A DNA stretch of 64,000 nt from Tubulanus polymorphus (lineage: Eukaryota > Animalia > Nemertea): contig NW_027437432.1 of assembly GCF_964204645.1 (NCBI RefSeq), positions 1 to 64,000 on the forward strand, in the 5' to 3' direction. Below, piece by piece: positions 12,401-24,400 of the stretch (positions are counted from its first letter, which is position 1; each line of letters opens with the position of its first letter). The notes under the pieces were generated by a model. The model ran no database searches. It saw nothing but the letters and a program-made list of their open reading frames with translations, and was not told the origin of the DNA. Made by a program: the position numbers and the translations under genes.

Positions 12401-15400
12401 ATATATCCATACCATCGATAGCTTCATAACCATCCCACTCTAAACACACCTGAACATAGAGACACATAGCTATAAACCACCTCATTCCATAGGCAGAATC
12501 CCATTCCATAGGCAGAATCCCATTCCATAGGCAGAATCCCATTCCATAGACAGAATCCCATTCCATAGGCAGGGTTAATTGCTCAAATACTCTTATGGCA
12601 GACTGGCAATTAAAGGAGGAAGGGAAAACAAAAGCTAACTGAAGAATTTCAAGGCAATTTCTTCGCAAAAAATCATTGGAAGTCTGTTAAACTAGTCAAA
12701 CCAGGGAGGGGCCCAGGGTCAAGTTTTATATATAACATATGGCTTTACCAAGTCCACATCTTTTAACCTAGAAGCTTTATAGAAAGGCTGAAATAAATCA
12801 ATGGTTGATAACAGATTGGTTTGTAACGTACCTGATAAAGATCAGCTTTATAAACTTTAACATGAGGAGAATCTGGAGCACCTAATGCTGTATAATATAT
12901 CACAGATGAAGACACTTGTATTTCACCGGGCTGCCGAGCATCAACCATTGAATAATTCGCAATTACAAATATCCTACAATATACAAATCATTTACGTACT
13001 GGTTTTTTAATTAGTACATTTTATGATGGTACAATACCGCGTTTAATGCTATATTTACCTGTATTTTTGAGATGGTACGATACCATGTACGACGCATTCA
13101 TTCTTATCAGCAATATTCCATGAATGTTGAATTGCTCTCGACATTTTACCATCAAATTCCTGATCACATTCAAAACTATAAAATAAAACACCAAGAAATT
13201 CGTATCAAATCAGCTCCTCATTGTTCGTCAAATCAGCTCCTCATTGTTTGTCAAATCAGCTCCTCATTGTTTGTCAAATCAGCTCCTCATTGTTTGTCAA
13301 ATCAGCTCCTGTTTGTTTGTCTTGATTTGCAGTTTTAGGTTCAGATTCACAACCAAAATTATGCAGTTAAAATACTTTGTAAAAATGGGTTGCTCTCGAT
13401 AAATGGGCCCCTCCCTCAGTTGTTTTGGCGGCTACAAATTCTATATGTGAGTGAAGAAACTAAGTTCAGCCTACCTGATATCACTGTTAACTTTCTTCTC
13501 AAATTTCTGTCCAATCACATTCACTACGTACAACATGAGTTTGTATGGTTTTAGCGGAGGATGTGGTAAACTCCATTCTATTACTATAGAATTCAACGCT
13601 TCTGGTTCCACTGTTACCGACGGCGACGGTAAATTATCAGCCTATACAAACACAACAATGATACAGTCAATAAAATACAATTAACAATGAGAGATGATTA
13701 GTGATTGCAATTCAATGTACCTCCATTGCTGTTCCAACTGCAGCTGATTTATCTTTCTTAGCATCAGTGGGAACAATTATAGCTTCCTCAACCTCAACTG
13801 CCGCAGCAGCCTCCTGTTGATTTAAACTCAAATCAGCAGTTTCTTCAACATTCACTACAGCATCACCTGCAAAACATTCACAACATTCTTATAAATCTAT
13901 ATCTCATAGAAATATATCAGTTTGAATTGTCTTTTTTTACCATAAATTAAAGAATTGAAGCTTTGTTCTAATATTTTTATTATTCAGTGAAGTTCAGTCC
14001 AAAGAATAGATTTTTGATAGAATTGGATCTTTAAAAAATATTCTTTTTATTATTTTCATCTTTATCAAGTGTAGATTTTTCACTTAAAAAAGAAATGTTT
14101 TATTTCTGTCATTGGAAAGTTCAAGATTCTTAAGTAAAGTGATGTTTATACAATAAATAAAATCAGCTGATTTCATCATGCATTCCAAATATAATCTGAA
14201 ATAAAATCAGTTATTTTCAAATCTTAAAAATAGTTTTTTTTATTGTGAATGATTCAAACGAACAGTTGTGTTTGGTGCAGGAAAATAATCACTTCAAATA
14301 TAGTAATTCTAGGTTCCTGATTGGTCTAGTTTGCTTATCATTATGCAAATAAACAATGATATAGCTGACTAACCCTAGGGTTAAAATGGAATAATCCTAA
14401 GGCCAAACTAGCTACTAACCCTAGGGTTAGAATAGACTGGCCCAAGGCCAAACCTAGGGTTTCAATGGTTTACTAACCCTAACCCTAGGTTCTGATTGGT
14501 CTAGAGTCAGGCCACACCTAGGGTTCCATAGCTATCAACCCATGGGTTAAAATGGAATAACCCTAATAACCCTAGGGTTAGGGTTGCTATCTTACCCTGG
14601 AGTTGCTAAAATGGAACAACCCTAGGTTTGTGATTGGTCTAGAGCTGGTCACCTGATACAAACCTAGCTTCAGAGTAAAGTGACAGATTGTTGTGATGTG
14701 ATTACATGCAGCATAAGAGGATGTATTACTGTAATATTCAACATGAAAATGTTTTTGGTTCGTTTTGTGACACGAAAACTTTGTGAAAGAATGAACGCAA
14801 TGTTTGTAACCCAATGATTTAGGGTTTGGACTGGAGTGGGTTAAAATGTAAAATCATGTTGAATTAAACAGAACAAAAGATACATATAAATGGTTTATCA
14901 CAATGGGAATCATTTTCAAATCATCAAGTGAATATAAAAGCATTGATTTCTGTTGATTTTCTGTAATAAAAATAAAATAACTTATCCATGCCTGATTCAT
15001 GCCTGCAGGTGTAGGTGTCGCCACCGTGCAGGTGTAGTGACAATTAATAAATTCTCAACCTTTTCTCTGTTTTTGTCGTTGTTTGACTTTTTCTCGTTCC
15101 AATTTATATAAAATCTTTCCCAGATCTTTTTTCTTTTTTGGTTTTCGCTGAGGGGTATCTAGGTCGCTGATATCGCCGATAGAAATGATCTCGTCGTCCC
15201 CAGCGATACTCTTCGTTTTAACTACATTGTTAACCTGTGATTTACGATGTAAATAGTCGACAGCCATCCGAGCCCCGGCGACTGTTTTTAGTTTATTCAT
15301 CCACGGACCTTTAGTCGCATCAATCTCTAAAACATCGCAACCATTTTCTGATTCATCGCTAATAGAGGGCGCTGCTATCTGCTGGTTTACGCTACCCGCA

Positions 15401-18400
15401 CCGCTATGTACTGAACATTCAAGATGGCCGCCATCGTTATCCAACTGATCAGATTCTTCATCAACTCGATCTACAACAATATTATCATCGCTAGGATGTA
15501 TCGGTGCGTCTATTTGACCTTGAACTTTGACGTCTGCTGCGGGGACTTCATGAGAACGACCTTCAACTTCAATAGAAACAGAAAATAATATTTCTATACG
15601 AACAGAAACAGGTCTAATTTGAGCCCGTAAAATCTATCACAATCTACCTGACGTTTCTTCGTGAATTTCATCATTTTCTTCATCTACATTTTCATTTCCT
15701 GTTTTCATGCTTTCCTCCTCATCCTCATCTATAATTTCCTCCTCAATTGCGCTTCCATCATCTTCACCGTCATCTAAAACTTCTCTTAATTTACTCATCA
15801 TATTGTTGAATGTTTTCTGTCTGTTTTCGCGCTCGGCTTGTGAAATTCTTCCCAATTGTTTCGGTTTTAAATCAGTGAGTTTATTTATAATTTCAGTAGC
15901 AATTTGTCTCTTATTCGATTTATCAGAAGATGAACTTTTAGTTCGCGTGATTGGTATAGGTGGCGTTGTTGGTTTAAATGTCTCATCGCTGCTGGCTCTA
16001 GGTTGAACTGGAGACAGGGCTGGTTTAAATCTCGGACCAGACGGAGGTTTAGAGTCAAGCGAACGGGGAAATCCAGCCGGTAAACTCACTACAGATGGTC
16101 GCCTAGCAACCACATATCTACTGGTTGAATCAATCGATGGTATTGTTGTGTTGCTAAGCCGTAACGGAGATCGTGGTTTTTCGATTGTTGGATCAGTTTT
16201 AACACGGCTTTGTTTTGGTGAAGTTTGTGGTTTAACAATTGAATCTTGTTTCACTATTTGTTTCTCTGTTTCAGGATCTTGAATTGTAGCTAAAGGAGCC
16301 TCAGGATCATCAGCTCCTTTCTCCTCTCCCACCTCTTCTCTGTCCTCTACCTCCTCCTCTACCTCCTCCTCTACCTCCTCCTCTATCTCAGGCTGAGTTA
16401 TAAACTCTCCAGTTGTAGCTCTATTCAGTAGTCCACGGATACCAACAATGTGATGCAGTTTCCCAATTTGTCGATCGATATTCAATGATTTTCTGGCTAC
16501 CGTCTGCCAGAATGACTCCGCTAAAGGAGGGGAGAAAATAGTCATTCAAATGTTAGAATTTGTTAGACAAACAGATAATGTAACAGTGTACTCTGGTCTC
16601 ATAGATACAGTGTACAGTGTACTCTGGTCTCATAGATACAGTGTACAGTGTACTCTGGTCTCATAGATACAGTGTACAGTGTACTCTGGTCTCATAGATA
16701 CAGTGTACAGTGTACTCTGGTCTCATAGATACAGTGTACAGTGTACTCTGGTCTCATAGAAACAGTGTAACAGTGTACTCTGGTCTCATAGATACAGTGT
16801 ACAGTGTACTCTGGTCTCATAGATACAGTGTACAGTGTACTCTGGTCTCATAGATACAGTGTACAGTGTACTCTGGTCATATAGATACAGTGTACAGTGT
16901 ACTCTGGTCTCATAGATACAGTGTACAGTGTACTCTGGTCTCATAGATACAGTGTACAGTGTACTCTGGTCTCATAGATACAGTGTACAGTGTACTCTGG
17001 TCTCATAGAAACAGTGTAACAGTGTACTCTGGTCTCATAGATACAGTGTACAGTGTACTCTGGTCATATAGATACAGTGTACAGTGTACTCTGGTCTCAT
17101 AGATACAGTGTACAGTGTACTCTGGTCTCATAGATACAGTGTACAGTGTACTCTGGTCTCATAGATACAGTGTACAGTGTACTCTGGTCTCATAGATACA
17201 GTGTACAGTGTACTCTGGTCTCATAGATACAGTGTACAGTGTACTCTGGTCTCATAGATACAGTGTACAGTGTACTCTGGTCTCATAGATACAGTGTACA
17301 GTGTACTCTGGTCTCATAGATACAGTGTACAGTGTACTCTGGTCTCATAGATACAGTGTACAGTGTACTCTGGTCTCATAGATACAGTGTACAGTGTACT
17401 CTGGTCTCATAGATACAGTGTACAGTGTACTCTGGTCTCATAGAAACAGTGTAACAGTGTCCTCCGGCCTCAGAGATTTGAATATTTGAGTAAAAACTCT
17501 TCAATGAAACCAGCTTCCAAAAGATGGCTGCAAAACCACTAAATCTAGTTAGAGCATTACAGTGAAGTTTAGAGATTGTGTATTACTGAGTTACTGGGTT
17601 ACTGGGTATTACAGAGGTATTACTGAATATTACAGGTATTACTGAGTATTACAGGTATTACTAGCTACTTTAACAACATTGACAATTAATATTACATAGA
17701 AACACTGAAACCATTAAATACAAATAGTAACTACAGGGATCAGTTCTATAGACTGGATCAGTTCTATAGACTGTATCAGTTCTATAGACTGTATCAGAAT
17801 GGATCAAAATCCAGAATTTTCAGTCACAGAACTGAATACAGATTGAACTGAACCCTGCTGTTATTAGCAGTTTAATTGAGGAATATAAAACTATTTTCTT
17901 ACCCTGTTCTGTTTTACCATTATTTTCGATTCCCTCTTCAGTCATCACAGGTACTGCTTGTTCAGCACTAACTTCTTGTTTGATTATTACATCTTGACTT
18001 ATTAGTTCTGGTTCTAATTGAGCTGCTACAAATAAATCATTAATCACATCATCAAATTCCAACAAATCATCTAATAATAGCACAGTAGGGTTTAACAGTA
18101 GGCTCTATCAATAGGCTCTATCAGTAGGCTCTATCGGTAGGCTGTAGCAAACAGATTTTCTGATGCTCCTAATTTTGTTTTATTGAGGCTTCTTTAACAA
18201 AGCTAGGATTCGTTCAATATATTCTTTTCCAGATGGAAACCTATTCCTACTGAAAACTGTGAAACATTTCTCAAATATCAGTCAAGTTTTTAATTAGGAC
18301 AGTAACTGTGGAACTGTGTAAGGAACGTACGTCTGTCCATATCTGGTAAATATCCCGAACCTTCACGAACTTCCACATATTCCGAATACATATCAACATC

Positions 18401-21400
18401 ATCCGTTCTCAACTCAATATCCGGCAGGTCAATATTCTCTGTATCTAATGGCAACGATAGTTCCAACTGATTGGACAGTTTCGGTCGTAAACTTAAATCT
18501 GTAAATAATATATGAAATTATATAAATAAGTGATTAGACTGCGTTGAACTGGGATTGAGAGAGAATGTATTCTTACTATCACCAGCTGGTATAGCCATTA
18601 CTGCTACTCTATACACTATATCCAACTGACATCCTTCTATTACTACTTTACATCTCTGACAATCTTCATCGGGTACAACCTACAATCATTCAATATACAA
18701 CCTACAATCATTCAATATACAATATCTACAATCATTCAATATACAATATGTTGATAAAGATTTAAGTTAGCGAATGGTTTCATTGTTTAAAAGATTCAAA
18801 CATGTCATCGGACGCCAGTTTCTGAGAAGTTGGTTGAACAATTAAAAATATATATCTGATTGTTTAAACTTCAAATTTTGAGCAACTGGACTCAGCTCAG
18901 GTGGATTAGAAGTAACTGGACTCAGCTCAGGTGGATTAGACCATTACGTACCATTCCTCCACATTGTTTTCCGTTGAGATATACTTTATAACCGGCTACT
19001 GGATATTCAGGAGTAGAGATAGACATCCAGATAATAGCCATAGCGTTATCATTATCAGTGATGCCTAGTGATATTAATGGACCTCCAAGAGCTGTTGTCT
19101 TATCACAATGCATTGTCTGAAATATTCAAATATCAGTTCATTTCCCAAGAATCCAATTTACCGAAGAACTATGGAACTGTGGAAATTATCCTGGACTCAG
19201 TTCTACTGTTGTGAGTTGAAGTTTGAACTCTTGAGACACCTTCAATTCTTTAACACAAGTAAATAAGATTTATACTCAGAACTGCGGAACTGGATCCTAA
19301 GGGATGATTTAGGTTCGATATTTTGTGCACAGAGTTGACTGGGAAACTGAAAACTTACCAAATGATTAGATTTATGCGGTAGAAACATTTCTTCTTCGGG
19401 GAAAACTTCCAACCAGATATCGTATGTACGTCCACCAGCGAGACCTGCGATATTTAAACTGTGGTGATTGTGAGGAAATATCTCACAATATGAGATTCCA
19501 TTTAGATATATCTGAAATATCAAATTAGACAAATGTGAAATGATTGACAATGAGAAGATTGAGAATTCGTTACGTTTAAACAGCCCTTCAGTTTACCTCA
19601 TAACCTTTGATCAGATGCAAACTTTCTTGAGGAGGTGGGTCCCAGAAAACTTCTAAAATTCCAGGTCCGGTGAAACAGCCTTTTATTTTCGGGATACAGC
19701 CCCACCATTGCCAGGTTTTTGTCTGCAATAAACGTATTAAGTAAATGAAATACCTGCGGCAAGCGAGGATTTATAGTTACTCATCTTTCAATCAACTTTT
19801 CTCTTGATGTTTATGAAAACTTACAGTAGTTTCTGCTGTATCCAATTCATCGTTTACCGGTTCGGTATCAGACGCCTCTGATTCACCTGATTCTTCATCT
19901 GATATTTTACTCAACACCCAAAAACGTCTGCAAAAATACACATAATCACAATCAATTCATCTGCATTTGAAAATGGAGTCTAAATTGTGAACAAAAACCA
20001 GCACATCAATCCAGCTCTGACTCCATAGAGTTAAACATTTCAAAATTTGGACCTGTTTCGGGTAAAGGAACTAATTGACAAACCTGGAAGTCATGACATC
20101 GCTTTGTAAACAGGAATCACTCACAGCTAAAGCTCTGATTACAAATAAACCACTTTCCTTCAATACAATTCCTTTATCAGGTTTATAAATCTAGAAAACA
20201 ATAAAATAAAATCAGTTTCTCTGAAAGACGATGAATAGAAATATCAGAAATGAATGATTGAAAGACCTTTGATTGTTGTCTATGAGGTTCAGGTAAAGAT
20301 CCGTCTAACGTGTAGAATATCTTAGCGTCCACAGTTTGACAGGTCAGTTTAACGACGTGTCCTCGATCACAGACTCCACCGATCTTATCAGAGCAAATAT
20401 CAGGACAATCGGTCTTTTTACCTAAAATTGATGAGAAATACCTGAGAATCCTTTATGAGAAACAAAACCACGTCAGGATTTAAACATATGAACCCTGAAT
20501 TGATGAGAGACCAGTGAAAGACTGATGCATTAAACCACTCGGGCCCTGTACCACTCGGGACACTGTACCACTCCGGCACTGTACTACTCGGGACGCTGTA
20601 CCACTCGGGCACTGTACTACTCGGGACGCTGTACCACTCGGGCACTGTACCACTCGCACACTGTACCACTCGGGCACTGTACTACTCGGGACGCTGTACC
20701 ACTCGGGCACTGTACTACTCGGGACACTGTACCACTTGGGACGCTGTACCACTCGGGCACTGTACCACTTGGGACGCTGTACCACCAGAAATTCTTACCT
20801 TCTAACAGAACCTGTACAGTTCCAGCGAAACCCGGAGCACCTTGAGACGCGACACAGAATTCTCCAACTTCATCAAACGTATAGAGGAAGCTGTTATTAG
20901 GAACCGGTCGTCCGCTGTTGAATGATTTACTGCCTTGTATTACACTGAGTGGAGTCTACAAATATACATACATCATATATACATGTACATCAGCTAAATA
21001 CATTATACATGTGCACAACAGATGTATATAGGCGATACATACCTCACTACTAGGAGGGTTCACATGTACTATATTGTGTTCCTCTTCTCCGTTGTTTTTC
21101 CAAGTCCACAAAACCGACTGACCCTAAAACCACGAACCCAATAACTGTTAGTTTATCATTAAAAAGTGTACAGCAATTCAAACAACTCCTTCATGAATGG
21201 TTTATATATTAAACAACATTTCATCAAATAATCATCGTGATGTGGTAGCTACTGATAGCTGTTCTTGGCTGCCACTCTCTTCAGCTACCCTTCCTTAGAC
21301 TCCTTTCCTCTGACTCCCTTTCCCTGGCAGCTTCCCCTCCTTGGTCTCCCCTCTCCCTGGTTTCCCTTCTCCCTGACTCCTACCCCCCTGAGCTAGGTTA

Positions 21401-24400
21401 CAAACAAACATACCTTTAGAATGTTGACTTTAGTCGGATTGAATCCTTTAGTTGAGACCTGAACCGCAATACAATCATTACCTTCATCTACTATAACAGT
21501 ACTGATCTTAGAATCATTATACTGAGACTGAAATATTATAAATAAAACAATTTATCAATCATAAAGTAACAATGAGAATGGAGAGAGGAGAGAGAGGAGA
21601 GAGAGGAGAGAGAGGAGAGAGAGGAGAGAGAGGAGAGAGGAGAGAGGAGAGTGGAGAGACACAAACCTGATCTTTCTTGCCCGGTTTAATAAATGCTTTG
21701 CTACAGAAATGATAAATTCCACTGTTTGCAAATGAGCGATTCATACAGCGACTAAAATACAAACAGATTTATATTGATTATACGACTAACGCTTGGTTCC
21801 TGTTTCACATCCATTCACAGAGAATTTCGTATTCTAGCAAAGAACCACAGTCAGAAGAAACAGTAGCTATATAGAATCATTCTTTGAATAGTCTGATACA
21901 ATCTCGACATTTTAGGATTAAATCTAAAATCTCAAAGCGTTTCTGAAATATGTTTGTTCCAATCACAGTTTAGTGAGACTTACCGCGGAGCGTGAGTACC
22001 GGGCATCGACGATATATTCAACAATTGATCAACTGATTCTATTTGTTGAACGTCGTTTTGTTTCAAACCTTTAAACGACCAACAGACGACATCGTTAGTG
22101 TTTATAATTAGGGGATCTGGATTTAACGAGGTTGAATTAACAGCGATGTTGTGAACTCTCGGCTGAGATGAGACGACTATAGCACCGAATACCTTCGCTA
22201 TATTAGCACTGAAATATATATGTAACATGTGAGACACTGGGCCATGTTTGTACATTACTGGGGTCGGTCCGAAGTGTAGTTTGAGGTCCTATTACGAGTG
22301 ACAAAAATTGTCAAATTGCCCTTTTTGGATTTTACAGCCCCAGAATCATTGAACTATAGATAGAGGTTTCTATGTTTACCTGATATAATAGTAAACACCA
22401 GGTGAAGTGAACTGATTGACGTAAGCAGACGGACAATCCATCGCAGCTCCGCTACAGAATCCATCTTTAACGTGAAAACCTTGATGAGACACCTATGATA
22501 TAATAATATAACTACTGGTTATACAAACACCGAGTCCTCACAACTGAGCAGGTCCTCACAGCTGCGCAGGTCCTCACAACTGATCAGGTCCTCACAGCTC
22601 AGCAGGTCCTCACAGCTCAGCAGGTCCTCACAACTCAACTGGTCCTCACAGCTCAACTGGTTTATAGATATTTTAGAGCATTTTATAGAGCATTTTTCTC
22701 AGTATTTTTACCTGGATAATGTTGTGTTGTTTTGCGCTAGTTTGCCAAACCCACCAAACTCTATCATTACTGTGCACACTGAGAACCTTCGGTTCAAATC
22801 CTTTATCCGTCACATGAACCGTGTAATTCTACAAATATACAACAAATATATAGTCACTTCATCCGATGAGAACATAGATAAACTATTAGGAGGAAGATGG
22901 ATAGATAGACAGACAGATAGACAGGTAGATAAACTACTAGGGGGAAGATGGATAGATAGACAGACAGATAGACAGGTAGATAAACTACTAGGAGGAAGAT
23001 GGATAGATAGACAGACAGATAGACAGGTAGATAAACTACTAGGAGGAAGATGGATAGATAGACAGACAGATAGACAGGTAGATAAACTACTAGGAGGAAG
23101 ATGGATAGATAGACAGACAGATAGACAGGTAGATAAACTACTAGGGGGAAGATGGATAGATAATACTTACCCTTGATCCAGGATTGACTACGACTGATGA
23201 AGTAGAAATGTTATTAGGACTATCAGCTATTCTATAGTGATATAATCCAACTGCGTTTAAACTCGTAGATTCAAATCCGACTAAAGACTTTGTCAAAGCC
23301 GAGGATTCATCTAGAAATTCACATTTATCTGAAAAATATGATTGCAAAGTGATAGTTATATACAGAGGGAGGGAAAGAGGGGTGACGTAAGAGCCGCTCC
23401 TCGGAATGAAACGATGACTTTTGAGTCTATTAGAACATTAAGTATCTCTTTTATGGTCCTGCTTTACCCTGCTAGGTAGCAGTCCATCGAGGTCCCTAAT
23501 TCTATCATGTTACTCATCACAAAATTATGATTTAATGATGAAACAGTAGGACTTACTTTTACAATCGAAAGGTAGAGCCTCTTTAGCGATAGGAGATAGA
23601 CTCCGTTCAACTTCAACGAGCGAGAATGTAGTTTTATTATCTAATAAACTGTTAGTTTTCCAGCTCCACCAAACCTGATCGCCGGTCTCCACGTACTGTA
23701 AGTCTGTTATTATACAGAGATTCAGTGTTCAGTTTATAAATAAACGAAATAAAGAATACAAATCCGACAATTAATGAAATATCTGGTGTAAAATAAGCAG
23801 ATAATTCATCAATTGTATGATTAATAATTTGTCTAAATTGAATATTTTGAAAACGTTAAAACTGGGTGTGAAATATTGAGACACGAACCTGGTGCGAATC
23901 CTTCTGGAGAAAGTTCAATGAAATGTTGTTTTTGTTTTGGACGTACGATGATCGTCCCCAGATATTCAGCAGCTTCATGGAAACTATGATCGGAGTAATA
24001 ATATACTCCAGGAGTTTTAAACTCATGAGACACTAGTCCACATTTACTCGGTTGAGGCCATTTAAAACCATCTTTCTTTTGCTGTAAATATATCAAACAG
24101 AAACATTCAAAACTGGATCTCAGTTTTACATTTGATGACATTTAAAATTAGTTCAATTTGAACATTTCCCAGTTCAACAGTTCTTACTTAGAATTGACAA
24201 CTTAATGGATTAAAACATTAAACTAATCTTAACTCATATTTCACTGACAAATGTAGAACTGGAAATGTGTGACTCACTTTAAATGATTCATCTGGATTGT
24301 GGTTGAGATTTGGAGCCTCAGTTTGATAAATACAATGATGTTTTTTGACGTTATTTTTATCCCACGACCACCAGACGCGATCTCCTTCCTCAATCAATAA

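Noticed and set aside
20418-23176. Repetitive ORFs 20418-20669, 20480-20785 and 22724-23176
   Set aside because: Translations of intronic minisatellites or the antisense of real exons.
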